64,000 bases of DNA from the NCBI RefSeq assembly GCF_006345805.1, contig NC_042997.1:180730001-180794000 (forward strand), given 5' to 3'. The translations under genes and the position numbers were made by a program. The notes under the pieces are model-generated. The model did no database searches. It was not told where the DNA came from and was given only the letters and a program-made list of their open reading frames with translations. This document shows positions 29,381 to 42,942 of this stretch, piece by piece (position 1 is the first letter of the stretch; the number at the start of each line of letters is the position of its first letter). Origin of the DNA: Octopus sinensis. Its lineage: Eukaryota.

Positions 29381-31419
29381 TAAGAATAAGAAGAGTAGAC
29401 AGGAGGAACAAGGGAATGGTAATGGGGTTGTTGAGGATGAGGAAGAGAAACGCTATACAGTGAACCTGATACTGCGGTGGGTGGACATGCGGTGGAAAAT
29501 GAACCAACTAGATAATGAATTGCTAGAAATTTAAAGACCACTCACCGCCTTGATGAATGCCCCAGAAGAAAAAAATCCCCATGAATATAAAAAGGGTAAA
29601 TAGGAGTATGATAAAAAAAAGTAACACAGACTCTTCCATAATGTATATATAAATATGTGTGCCTTTGTGCCTTTGCTTTCTTCCATTAGTGTTCGGTGTT
29701 GGTGTGTTCATGTCCCTGTAGCTTAGAGATTCAGCTAAGTGAAACAGATAAAAAAAAAAAAAGGCACCAGGCTTTTAAAAAATAAGTACTGGGGTCGATT
29801 CATCCGGCAAAAATTTCCTGAAGGCAAAACATTAAAAGACAGATTATAGCAATTCTTCAGCACTATTGCAAATTAGCCCCAGTACAACTCTGGCTCGAAA
29901 GGTTAATGATAAAAGCAATGTAGCCATGACCACCCCGTCTCATATTCTATTTGTACATCCAAGATCATATATATCAATATGTCCTGCTCTTTTAGATGCA
30001 AGTCGTCATGAGAACTGGAATTTAATGACTGTCAATAGTTAGCTGAACGACGACATTGCTGTTCCTATGTTACAATTTCGTCAAAAATGTATCCATATAC
30101 GTCACTTTAAAGTAGGATAATAATTCCGTAACTTTTTTTCGCCAGATTCATATGTTTCAGAATTGAATCTGTACATTATCAGTTGAAATTAATACTTTCG
30201 CCAGAGAATTGAGAGCTTTAATTAAATACTTTGCAACACCTGAGACAAGCTAGAAAACTTCACAAATAAATTTCAAGTACACTATATTTCACAACCAACT
30301 GCAACTAAAATGAAACATTCGTTATACCCAGTGTAGCATACAACAGATGAGGTGACTAGTTCAATGTGTAATTATATATCTAGAGTTAGTTTAAAATAAT
30401 ATTGATGTTATAATTGTAAGAAAAGTTTAAGTCAAAAAACGAAAGATAATGGTATCTATCAAATTTGGCCTCAGTGAATTCGAATAATAAATGTTCTATG
30501 CTATTTTCAATTATTAGAAGTTTTTCTGTAAGAGAGTAGATGGTTTCTAAAACATATACAAATCTCTGTCTTTGGAATGTTTTGAACTTGAGTACAATTT
30601 GGCATCTTTTTAGTGTTGTGCTTCCAGAGTGAATTTGTAATGTTCGTGTTAGCTAGTTAATGTATATGTATTTCACTGAGATTGATTTAAATTCGTAATG
30701 GAGTCCAGGCTGCTTGTTAACAAAAGACAATAAGTTTTGAGTTACGAGAGTTCCGGAAGTTTGTAAATACGCGATTAAGTTGCCGTGTGCATATATGCCC
30801 CAGCATGATCTGTGTGAACATGTCACTAAACTGATTCGGTCTTTGTCCGTGTATGCATGTGCATCCTTGTATTTTATATGTGTATCCTTGTAGATGTGCA
30901 AAACCCAAGCGTGTGCGTATATTTATTTAAAGAATCTCAGTTGGAGAACATTTGGATTCTCTTGCAAATTTTTACTGTGCCACAGATAGATTCGGTTTCG
31001 GATATGCGCATGTTTTTTTGTTTTTTCTTCTTTTTTACTCTTCCATAGAGAAACCTAACATTTCTAGGTTTCTGTGCAAATCTGTGGATATTTAGCCCAA
31101 TGCATCTGTGACGATAGGTACAAGAAATAATATATAATCAGGGTACAAGAGCAGTTCTGAAATAGGGTTATGTTTATTTATTCCTGAATTGTGTTCCCTC
31201 TCCTATGGAACGCTATGTGTATGTATATATGTATGTAAATATATATGTATGCAAATATGTACGCATGCATGTATGTATGTATGCGTGCGCAGGAGCAAGT
31301 GATGGATATTTGTTTGCATTCCAAATGGAACATTTTCTTACTGCACTATCATATGCTTATGGGAAATATTAAGTTTTTCACAAACTTCATAAATCTTTTC
31401 AAGGAGAAAACAAAACAAT

Positions 31420-31680
31420 CCTTCAGAGAATTGAAATGAACCTCAGTGAAACACTGGCTTTAGATTCGAAGGCGAAACGCAGAGAAGATGAAACAGGGAC
31501 AACTGAAGAAAGGGAATATTCCTTGTGTTGTATGTCTCGTAGTCTGCTTTTTCGTTGTTTGAAAAAACAGTTCGTTTCCATATCTTTTTTATGTTTTCGT
31601 TTTTCATTGTGTTCAACGTTTTTTTTATTTTTGGTGTCCTGTACCCATATATGCATATATATATATATATATATACATAG
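31420..31680 (-). mobile_element. Short interspersed repeat beginning TATGGGTACAGGAC next to (AT)n; related copy at ~48900-49085
   Basis: Shared GCATATATGGGTACAGGAC start and a shared C(C)CTTC(T/A)TCAGTTGTC block in both copies. Confidence 0.55.
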
Positions 31681-31830
31681 ATGTAGGTATGTACATATAT
31701 GTATGTATAGATGCATATGTTTATATATTATTTATGTTATATATATATATATATATATACATACATACATACATACATACATACATACATACATACGTAC
31801 ATACATATATGTGTATGTATATATATAAAA

Positions 31831-31942
<112 letters not shown>

Positions 31943-32103
31943 GTACTGGGAGAGTAAGAACGGAACGAAGCGAACGAATCGAATCGAACCCGACGCGAGA
32001 GCGCTGTCAAACACGTATATATATTTATATATGCATGTATATATACATGTAGATGTAGGTACGTACATATATGTTTGTGTGTATGTATATATTTTATTTA
32101 ATA

Positions 32104-32155
<52 letters not shown>

Positions 32156-33085
32156 TATATACAGGTAGGTGTATGTGTGTGTGTGCGGTTTGAATGCGCA
32201 CGATAATATTCATAGATGGCTAGAAAATAAAAGTAACACACTGGTCGGTGCCAGGCTAGGTATCTCCGAAGCTTGCGATACACATAAGTCATATTTCAAT
32301 GACAATGCTGTGAAAATTGTCCCACTTTTCAATAACTGGTCAGCAAGACAATTTGAAAAAGAGAATTTCGTAGCCTACTACACGAACGATAAGTGTTTAC
32401 AACCGCTAAGGTCGACCTTGCCATAGCAACAGTAACAGCAACAGCTACCGCAGTTCCACCCTATGCAATAAATTTTTTACTGATTAAATTGTGAGAAACA
32501 AGTGAAGTCCATTTGAAAACAATTTGAAATATATTTCAAAGCCCTCTATCTTATAAAAAAAACACTTCGAAAAATTTCACTCTATAATGTATTTGTCTGT
32601 TTCACTATGGCAAGAGTAACAAAAGAACCAATAACATAAAGAAGACACTCTACTCAGCTTTGACCTTTGTGACCTCGTGGCAGTCCATCCTAATACTGAT
32701 AGTACTACACATTCTTTACATTCCTGGTTTACAGGCACATTTCCCTCGCAGACGAACCTATCTGCCTATCAGCATCGCCGTCGCCACCGCCACCATCATC
32801 ATCATCATCTACTGCAGCTATTGTCACTACTAGCACTATCTCCACCGGCTAGAAAAATTCTTAACCATCGCAATCGAACAACACGTCTACTACATTACCC
32901 TTCAACCAACCCGCATCCACGACATTTATGATATTTTTTTTATAAAATCATTCTTCTCAGCAACATCCACAGATAAGTGATTGCACTAACCTCCACGCTG
33001 TCGGATGAAACGCAATTTCATTATTATTATATTATTTATACACACACACATATTCACATACATGGGCGGAGGTAAAGGAGTGGAC

Positions 33086-33641
33086 CTACAGAAACCCACT
33101 ATTTCGAGTGGGGAGAGTCCGAATCTGCCAAATAACCTGCTTTTAAAAATTTTAACCCTGCCACCCACTCACTAATTTCTTCATTTTTCAATTTTAGAAA
33201 TTATTATTATAATTTTTTTTTTTTTTTTTTTGTAAAATTTCAATTTTTCAAAAAAATAAATAAACACCCCTCCCCACCGCCCAATGAGAGAAAGTAAAAT
33301 TAAAGTCTTTTCTCTGACAAGCTAGCAACAACAGCCAAACCGAAGATCAACTTTCTAAAAACGAATTACCAAAAAAAGAAAAAGATGTTTTTTAATGTCA
33401 TTTTGCCGCCGTGAGTGTGCGCGCAAAAAAAAAATATTTTTGCATACCTCTCTTAATTCCTTTTTTTTTTAAATTGAAATTTTACAAAATTTTTATTTTT
33501 CAGGATTATAATCTCCGTATTTTTCTACGTATTTCGCGAAAAAAAATTGAAATATGAAGAAATTATAGTGGGGGGGGGGATGATTTTAATTTTGAAATAC
33601 AGATTCGGAATCCTCGTACTCGAATTAGTGGGCTTCTGTAG
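33086..33641. mobile_element. MITE-like element with imperfect 42-bp TIRs
   Basis: CTACAGAAACCCACTATTTCGAGT..CCGAATCTG (33086-33127) vs the reverse complement of 33600-33641; AT-rich non-coding interior. Confidence 0.65.
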
Positions 33642-33739
33642 AAAAAGAAAAGGAAAAACCAAAAGGAAGTTCGGGTCGATAAAATAAGTACCACTTGAAC
33701 ATTGTGGCTGTTGTGCCAAAATTTGAAACCAATTATTAT

Positions 33740-34209
33740 TTTGCTTTCTTTATTGCTGTTATTATTTTCTCTTTATTACAGGTTTTGTTGGAGCTTCTGG
33801 AGTTTTGCATGCGTAGCTGGTTCACTACCTGCAGCCTAAGGTACCATGCTAGTCGTTTTTCTCAGCTATCTAATATTTTTTCTGTTTATTCTGGCCGTGC
33901 CAAGGAGGTAAACCTTTTGTAACAGTTCTACCGGACACTCTATTCCAATTTCCTTTATATTCCTCTTGATGCCTTCTGATAATATTCCCAAGAACCCAAA
34001 AATAAGTGACACTATCTTCACCATCTTCATTTTCCATAGGCGCAGGAGTGGTTGTGCGGTAAGTAGCTTGCTTACCAACCACATGGTTCCGGGTTCAGTC
34101 CCACTGCGTGACACCTTGGGCAAGTGTCTTCTACTATAGCCTCGGGCCGACCAAAGCCTTGTGAGTGGATTTGGTAGACGGAAACTGAAAGAAGACCGTC
34201 GTATATATG

Positions 34210-34244
<35 letters not shown>

Positions 34245-37200
34245 CAGTGTTTGTCCCTCTATCATTGCTTGACAACCGATGCTGGTGTGTTTATGTCCCC
34301 GTTACTTAGCGGTTCAGCAAAAGAGACCGATAGAATAAGTACTGGGCTTACAAAAGAGTAAGTCCCAGGGTCGAGTTGCTCGATTAAAGGCGGTGCTCCA
34401 GCATGGCCGCAGTCAAATGACTGAAACAAGTAAAAGAGTAAAGAGTCTATTTCGTACGTAAGAGGGTTGTATCCATCTATCTTTTCGCCTGCCTTCTTCA
34501 CTATTCGTGGGTCCAAGGGGCATGCAACATCAACTATATAGCATATGTGGTGCACTTTGTCCACCACCACTAGGTTCGGGCTGTTATACCCTAGCATCTG
34601 ATATGTTTGGATTGGGAAATACCAGAGGATTTTGCTAGTCTCCGACTCCGTCAATCTCTCCGGTTTGTGATCATACCATGACTTGCCTCTCTCTAGCCTC
34701 TACTTTTCGCACAGTTTCCATTTTAGCACTTTCGCTACTTGGTCGTGTCACCTCGACTTGCATTGGTTTTGGACAAGTCTGGAGCATTCGTTCGTGATAT
34801 GGGCAATAGTTTCAGTCACTGCATTGCGAATGCGGCACAACGGAGGCACTTGCTCATTCCTCAGGTTGACCCTCAAGTTCGGGACAAGAGTTTGGTCTTG
34901 TACTGCCAGTATAGTGCTCTTAATCTTTTTTTAGGGTTCCTTTCATCAGCCAATCCCACCTACTCTTTCCAGTAACTGTTGTGGCTACCTGAAATTGATT
35001 GCGTAGTCCCTTCTTGCATAATTCTTCTTCATCTCCTTTTAGTACCTCTTCCTTTGTTTTCCACTCTTTTTCTGCTCTCAATACTCCATCGTTCCTAACT
35101 GTCACAAGCAAGGTTTCCTTATTTTGGGCAAGGTATCTCATTAAGCTCTCGAGTTCGATACTTACGCAGTCTTCCACACTTATCAGTCCCCTTCCTACAT
35201 GTGCTTTCTTCATTTATAGGCGATCAGTCACACGAGTTTATTGCCGAAATTATGTTTCTGGCATTCAGCTTTGAAACCAATACTTTTCTCACTCGCCACA
35301 GTACATTTTTTTGTCTTTTCCTTCATGTCGTGGTGTTTGATTCCATCTGCCTCAAGTATTCTCACCACTTGCAACTATATGCCCTCTGTCCTGGCAAGCT
35401 TTCCTCGCCTCAACGCCATCGTAGCACATTTTGAGAGTCCAAACTCCATCTTAATATCATTGGAGAAAATTCGCACAGACTGGACTAGGCTGTCCAGTTC
35501 TTCCTCAATTTTTGTGAATAACTTCAAGTCGTCGTCCATGAATAGCAGATGGTTCAGTTTTCCCTTACCTCTTCCCAGATTATACCCCAGCTGTATTTTC
35601 TGTAGTATTTCACTCAAGGTGATCATTCCTAGCACAACTATCTGTGGGGACATACTGTCCCCCTGGAAGATTCCTCTCTTGATTATCACCTCTCCTAGTA
35701 TCTGCTTCCCTGGTGTCAATTCCGTATTCCAGCATTTCATGCTATTCCATAGAAGGTTTCTCATATTTTCTGCTACTCCATACATTTCCACTGTTATTAT
35801 TATCCAAGAGTGTGGTATCATATCGTAGGCTTTGCGATAGTCAACCCATATCATGCTCAGGTTTGTATGTCTTCTCTTGCAGTTTCTGATAATTACATTA
35901 ACAATTAAGAGCTGATCCTTCGTTACCCGGCTCCTTTTTCAGCACCCTTTTTGTTCAGTGGGTAGCAGCTCACTTTTTTCCAAGTATTTGTACAGTTCAC
36001 TAGCCAAAGCACCTGACATAAGTTTCCACATTAGCAGAAGGCATGTTTTTGGTCTAAAGTTGGATGCAACATTTCCCTTTTCAGAATCCTTGGCACATAA
36101 TGTATTTACCTTTGTCATCCAGCTGGGTACTGCGCCTTCTTGCGAGCACTCATCTAGTTGTTGTGCTATCCTTTCATAGTTCCCTCTCAGCTTATAAAAT
36201 TTGACCCCCCCCCCCATCCGGTCCTTAACTCTTCCACTTTGGGAATTTTCTTAACTTCTTTTTTTTATCATTTCTGTAGTTATCTTTGTCTTCTTGGACT
36301 TCTATATTTCTTAACCTATCTTGGACTTCATGTAGCCACTACGCTTCATCATTATGTTCTACAAGTTGGTCCAGATCCCTCTTCAAAATGTCTTGCTTCC
36401 CTCTGCATCTGATATCATTGTTACATGTATTTGCCAATCTAGTTCCTGAAACAGTTTCTTCTGATTTAATTCAAATAATCTGTTTTGCCTGAATTGTCTT
36501 TTTGTATTGTCATATCTTTCCAGTTTTGCTTTGATTGCTACTGCTATTTGTTTCAATTCTTCCAATATCACATCATAACCTTTATCTCTTATTCAATATG
36601 TTCTTTTCGGCATTATTTCTTCTTTTTTTTTCTGCAATTCCCCTCTTCTCAATCATTCAATTTATCCTAAATATCTTTTTAACTTTGTTTCTCACAAATT
36701 CGTCTACACCATTATGGTCCTTTGCGTTCTGTTTGTTCTTTTCTTTTTTTATCCAACTCTATCTGCAGCAAGCATAGCTGCAGCCAAAATTATCTTGTTA
36801 GTTTCAACTATATTTCTCTTCTGGAATAGGCCAAGAACCGAATCTATCTTTTTGATTTCAACTTTGAGCTTGCGTCGTCCTCACTATGTCTTGTTGGTCA
36901 CCATCATATTCTTGTGACATAACTCTTCCTATTACTTCTGCTTCATTTGCTGAGAATGCATTTACATTTACACTTTGCTCTACGTCTTCACTGCCGCCTT
37001 TCATTTTTTTTGTTCTCACTGGGCATGTTATCTGTTGGTGGAGTATTATTTCTATCTTCTACTTTCATTTTTATCTCTTCTATTTCTATGTCTGTTAACC
37101 ACACTTTTGCTTTTATTGCTCTTGCTGGTCGGCTAACCGTTACTAATTTGTTTCGAAGAGTCCTATCTCATACCATTTTGCTTTCATTCGTTGTCAGAAT

Positions 37201-37610
37201 CTCCTTCTGCTGGGTTCACTCCTGATCTATCATTTAATTACCGTTCGGTTTGCCTCCTTATCTCACCTTCTTCTTTGCCTCTGGCTTTGTGTACAAACAG
37301 TCTCTGGAAGACGACCAGGTCTGCGCTGCTCAACCACAGAGCACCTGCCGGGAGAAGGGCTTTCACCTTTGGTTCCAGCCTCATTAATACCATTATTTGA
37401 TAAATTTTTATTAGACTCAACATTGAGGTATGTGTTTTAAGGTTAGCCACCAACCAGTATTTCTATCGAGATACCATCTCTAGTAAGATTGCGGAGCTCT
37501 TACTACCCATAAGTTGGACCTGGTGCATTTCTTCCGGCTTTAAATTCAAGTTCCGCTAAGGAAAACAATCACATCCCCCCACCCACCGAGCACTAGGGTC
37601 AGAGTAGTCA
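33740..37610 (-). mobile_element. Near full-length decayed R4/Dong-like RLE LINE
   Basis: N-terminal region; RT (WVDYRKAYDMIPHSW..RGIFQGDSMSP..HLLFMDDDLKLF); CCHC-like CRI(R)..ETIAHITNEC; RLE (KILWYFPIQ..PNLVVVDK..IVDVACPLD..GTARI). Stop at 33866, then a 3'UTR ending in a TAA-like tail. Many stops and frameshifts. Confidence 0.92.
34039..34446 (+). mobile_element. SINE family B, full length with internal (AT)/(GT) tract, inserted in the LINE RLE domain
   Basis: GGCGCAGGAGTGGTTGTGCGGTAAG head, GGGTTCAGTCCC B-box-like motif, CCTTGGGCAAGTGTC domain, and tail GCTCCAGCATGGCCGCAGTCAAATGACTGAAAC. LINE protein reads ..YEI|..LWKMK across it. Confidence 0.9.
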
Positions 37611-39689
37611 CCTCCCTCTACTAAAAATTGATGGTCCTGCCCCGAAATTAGAGATATTATCGTAGTTATTATTATTTCTCCGTTTATTCCGCCGACGTCG
37701 ACTTTGCCTTCTGTCCTTTCTGAATCGATAAAATAAGTACCAGCAGAGCAATGGGATTGATGTAATCGAATTGCCCCTCCTCTCTAAATTGCTAGCCTTC
37801 AGCAAAAATTTTTAGCCATTGTTATTTATTAATTTTTATGACGGCGTTCTGCACTTTTTACCGAACAGGACCTCCAATCTCTTAATATAACTGCATAAAC
37901 TAAACAAAAAATATGCAATACACACCCAGCCATTGCAAATCTGTTCTCAAATAATAATGTTTACTTAATTTATTGCGTACAATATACATGAAAATTCCTA
38001 TATTACACACCTTATTTGATTAACTAAGTTTGGTGTGAACATAGTGGCAGAATTCTGAAATGTGTCGTAATTTTATCGCTAAATTCGCAGAGCATGTTCA
38101 GAGCTAAAGCTGTTTGGGATTAATGACTAAATTTTGATTCTTATTTATTAGTGTTGTTGTGTTGTGATTTGTATACTTTTATTATGTTCATTGAACGTTT
38201 CTTTCTAATCTGATGTAATGTTTTAATAAATTGTTGTTGATGAAGATAATGTTGCTGTTAAAGAAGGATGGTAATAATGATAAGAAGCAGCTGGGGGGTG
38301 AGTAAATATGTGTATGCCTTCGTGTGCATTTCCATTAGTAAATTAATAGTTAACCTAATCACAATAACTGTATTTTATACCTGCCGGAAATCTTTTATAG
38401 CAACAAGTAGTTTAATAGAACAACAAAACTTGATTTATTCCTACGTCAATTGATTTTAGTTGGAAAGTAATCGCTTCCTACGCAGCCGTTGGCTACGTGG
38501 ATGACATGCGGACAAACAACCGTGAATGCATTGATTCAATAAGCCTGACTTTCTCTCTATCACCAAATCATACTGAGATTTGAAATATACCATCGCAGCA
38601 ACTAGCAACATCGCATTTGTTTTCAGTGAAGGAGAGGTATCTCTAGCGATGAGCTTAATAGTCCATAAAATGTTTATCGCATTAAAGATCAGTTGTTTTT
38701 TTTTGACAAGATGATACCCTCAAATAGCCCATACAACATAGCAGTATATAGTTATCACAAGATATAACAGTTGTAAGAAATAACGGCAAGGAATTAGAAG
38801 AGTGTCTCAATAACTTCTAATATTCATTTCAATTCTTCCTCCCTATCAAATTGAGGAAGCTTAAACATACCTTAAGCATAAAAACAGGTAGAAAACAGGT
38901 AGAAACCTAGAGCATGAAAACAGGTAGTTTGTGTATACAGTTGGGATGCGAAATGGTAGCTGAGATTCAAATCGTGTCTGTCAGCTAAAACTTTCGTCTT
39001 CAGTGTGCAAATCACACATGCAACGTGTCCGTATTCATTACAATCAATTCTCTGCCAGCCTTCCACTGAAGTGCATGATAATGCGCCTCGACTAGATGTG
39101 GCAACAATGACTGTGCTGCATTCCCGGGTGCTACAAAAATGTTTTCATTCCGTGTTTTACAGATATTTGTTAAAAGACAAGTAGATCCTAATGTTAGGGC
39201 TGTGATTTCCATTTCAACAATCGGATCAAATTTTACCCATCCACATACATGTTAATCTTAATGCTTCAGAATGTGCATACGGAAATCATTTACGAACCAA
39301 CCATGAGTAAGCCAAGAACTTTCATGAGTCAGAATCCTCAACAAGTCAACACCACGTTAATCACTAACGATACTCTAGTCAATGGAACTAGAAATTTATT
39401 GATTTTCTTAGAAGCTCTCTTCCAGATTGGGCTATATCTAATCATCATTTCTCGTCAGTTGCTATGATTGCTAAAGCCTTCTGTTCAATTGATGAGGGAT
39501 TGCTTTGACAAGGGTTCTGGGAAAGAAAGCGAAAGATTTATTATATTGAGTGAGATCACCTGAAATTGCATTTCCAGAAGTGTCACATTCAATTCATCGT
39601 GGAATTTCAGGTAAAATATTCGAGTGATATAAAGGAAAATATTACCTAATAAAATCTTAAGTAACAGAATAGCATTTTAGTGTCTCATG

Positions 39690-40178
39690 TAAATGGATAA
39701 GCCGGGTTTAGAATGCAAAATGCTATGGGTTATCTTCAAAGTAACCACAAAATCAGTGGAGAGGACTATGCTAACTTGCTGAGGCGGTTACGAAAGGCTA
39801 GCAAGACGGAGCGGTCTTGTTTCCTGAAGACAATTCTCCAGCACACAAGTCCTTGGTTTCAATGGCTGTTGTGTGTGACTGTCTTTGAACTAGTTGATCA
39901 TCTCCCCTATTCTCCTTCTTTGGCCCCATTTGACTATCATCTGTTTCCCAACAAGAAAAAAAAAATAATAATACATGGCCAGGAACCAGTGTCGCAGTCA
40001 TGACTGTTTTAACCAACAGGATGAAATCTTTTTCACTAATGGGCTCCAAACACTACAACACCTATAGAAGAAGTGTTTGGACCACAAAGGGGACGGACAA
40101 CGTACAAAAATATACAAGACATTCTCATCCCTTGAGAGTGTCTTGGTCAGCCTATGAACTTTCCAGCCGACACTTGTA
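39690..40178 (+). mobile_element. Mariner transposase C-terminal remnant with putative 3' end
   Basis: YLQSNHKISGEDYANLLRRLRK..FELVDHLPYSPSLAPFDYHLFP (YSPDLAP-like motif); ends ..GAACTTTCCAGCCGACACTTGTA. Confidence 0.85.
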
Positions 40179-41199
40179 ATGAGTATTTTCTTATGTTGCA
40201 GCGTAAGTAAATAAAGCTTCAACGCTCAAGTGTAGCGTATTCGTATACAATACAAATGCCTGGCTATAAGTCTTTGTCTAACGTATAATAGAATGTATCT
40301 GGAATAGAAGTATTGATAGTGAATACGTACCAGTTGTTCTGTATCTCAGTGAACTATTGGAGTCACAATTTGGGAACTTTTACGTTTGCTTTATCATTAT
40401 TGCGACACGAACCCAGACACAATGGAAGTGAGTTCTGTAATGCAGGCAATGATTTTACCATTTCTCTTACGCTCTGTCAAACCTGAAAGTAAATTGTTTT
40501 ATAACTTTACTGTTATACATTTAAGATAATCAAATGATTTCTAGTTCTGTACACATTAGGTAAAGAGGTGCAGTGAAATAAATTTAACTAGTTAGGTGGA
40601 TTATACAGTATTTCAATATCCACAATTGAAAATATTATTAAGAGCATTTTTATAAATTTCATGAGTATTATTATGATTTTCATTAAAAATATGAAAATAT
40701 GAAAGTATTTAAATATACTGCTCAACAAAAATTAAAATAAGAATTTAGATCAAATAGAATATTGCACAACTGGAAATTTTTGCATGTGTTAAGGTGTGTA
40801 TTTAATGAATTTCATATTAATAATTTAAGAACCAATTTCCGAAATGAAATTAATTGTATTTTGGTGATTGTCCGTTCATATTTGGATCTGTTTTTGCTCA
40901 AAAGAAATATGATATAAAATGCATGTATGTTACCAGTGTACAAGTGACTGGGATCCGGTTTCGGCTTTCGATCAAATACGTTTTCACTGTGTAAACTTCT
41001 TACCTGTTTAAGAAAAGACAAATATTTAAGAAAACACTTTTGTTGTGTTATATATCATTTCACTATGGTATGCAGTCGAAAAATCCAAACATACATTTAT
41101 ACATTAATATTCAAAAGATTGCAAATAATAAAATAAAATTACAGTCATGTGATTCTTAATTGTGTTTGGCTAAGTATGACATAACTAGTTATCAATTAA

Positions 41200-41779
41200 T
41201 TATTTCCAATTTTTTGCCACAAGGGCAGCTTGAGGGAGAGGAGGATGAGTCGATTGCATCGACCCCAGTGTTCAACCGGTACTTATTTTATTGACTCCGA
41301 AAGGATGGAAGGCAGGCAAAAATCGACCTCGGCAGAATTTGAACTCAGAACTTAGCGAAATACCTATTTCTTTACTACCCACAAGGGGCTAAACATAAAG
41401 AAAACAAACAAGGACAGTCAAACGGATTAAGTTAATTATATAGACCTCAATGCGTAACTGGTACTTATTTAATCGACCCCGAAAGGATGAAAGACAAAGT
41501 CGATCTCGGCGGAATTTGAACTCAGAACGTAGCGGCAGACGAAATACCTATTTCTTTACTACCCACGAGGGGCTACACACAGAGGACACAAACAAGGACG
41601 GACAGACGGATTAAGTCGATTATATCGACCCCAATGCGTAACTGGTACTTAATTTATCGACCCCGAAAGGATGAAAGGCAAGCTCGACCTCGGCAGAATT
41701 TGAACTCAGGACGTAACGGCAGACGAAATAGCGCTAAGCATTTCGCCCGGTATTCTAACGTTTCTGCTAGCTCGCCGCC
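41200..41779 (-). mobile_element. SINE family A trimer
   Basis: One head plus two units restarting at GGTATTTCG. Confidence 0.88.
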
Positions 41780-42864
41780 TTAAGCTGTATTATATTATAG
41801 AATAGTTCGTGCTTTATTCTTGCGTTGAGGAACATTCGATGTGTAGATATTGTATATTCCCTGAGAAAACATTTTTATGGGAGACACTGATAAACGTCAG
41901 TTCAACTGAATTTTAGGAATTCCATCACTTAAATATTAGATAGCGATTAATTTGAACCAGTTAATTATATATAATAATTTTTTTCATTAGCTTTGTGAAA
42001 ATTAGCAACTACACATTTCACTAATTTTAGGATATCATTCGAAAATAGCATATGGAAACAGTGGCTATTTTGTTTATTTTATCTCCGTTTGCATATGCTC
42101 TACGCTATAACATTATACCACAAAAAGTAATCAAAAGGAATTTTAAGAAAATATCATTTGCCAAGTCGGACAATGAATTTCAGTAACTGAATATCTGTAC
42201 CTGCTGACCCGACTACTGAATTCATGATGGGGCGCCTGCTATGACTAATGTCAAACCAAAGTATTTTACTACTCATCGTGACATCTGCATACTCAAATAT
42301 CAAAGTAAGTCCAACATCACCATGCACGTCTCCATCTCCTTATAACTACCATTCCTTCCTCTCTTTCTATCACTTTCTACTCCTCTCCATCAAATGCACA
42401 CAGAACTGCCCAATACCCCAATCAAATTTTTCATTGGTCATAGTTTATAAACAACCTTCAGTTAAATATGGGTTAATGACATATCGTCTCGATAAAATGA
42501 AATTAACGTATGATCATGATCTACCCGATGTACATAGATACTACGGACTGCACTGTTATCATTCCCGGAATACGGACTATAACCACAAGAAACACGTGAT
42601 TTGTGGAAACGCGCGTAACGATGCATTAAAATATTTATAAATTCCGTCCATGAATTATTATTATCATTATTACTATATTTATCCAATATTATATCGGTAC
42701 AATTTGGTGTGATCCCATAAAAAACAAAATGGTATTGCTAGTTAGTATCATTAGGCTGTAACCGACATAAGAAAATAAGGGATTTTATATACATATCCAA
42801 ATGTTTCCCGCAAACGAATTTAAAGGATGTATACATACACAGACACACACACACACGCACGCAC

Positions 42865-42942
<78 letters not shown>

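Noticed and set aside
31495-31530. CTGAAGA core (also CTGATGA at ~48953) in the TATGGGTACAGGAC family
   Set aside because: No downstream helix II plus GAAA, and I could not build a convincing type II fold from the upstream GAAA.
39163-39610. Segment bounded by a strong acceptor and donor
   Set aside because: All three frames contain stops.
40934-41003. Minus-strand candidate exon VRSLHSENVFDRKPKPDPSHLYT
   Set aside because: Isolated, with a weak donor and no partner exons identified.
42220-42304. DGAPAMT hAT-like catalytic motif
   Set aside because: Too short, with no flanking transposase similarity or TIRs.
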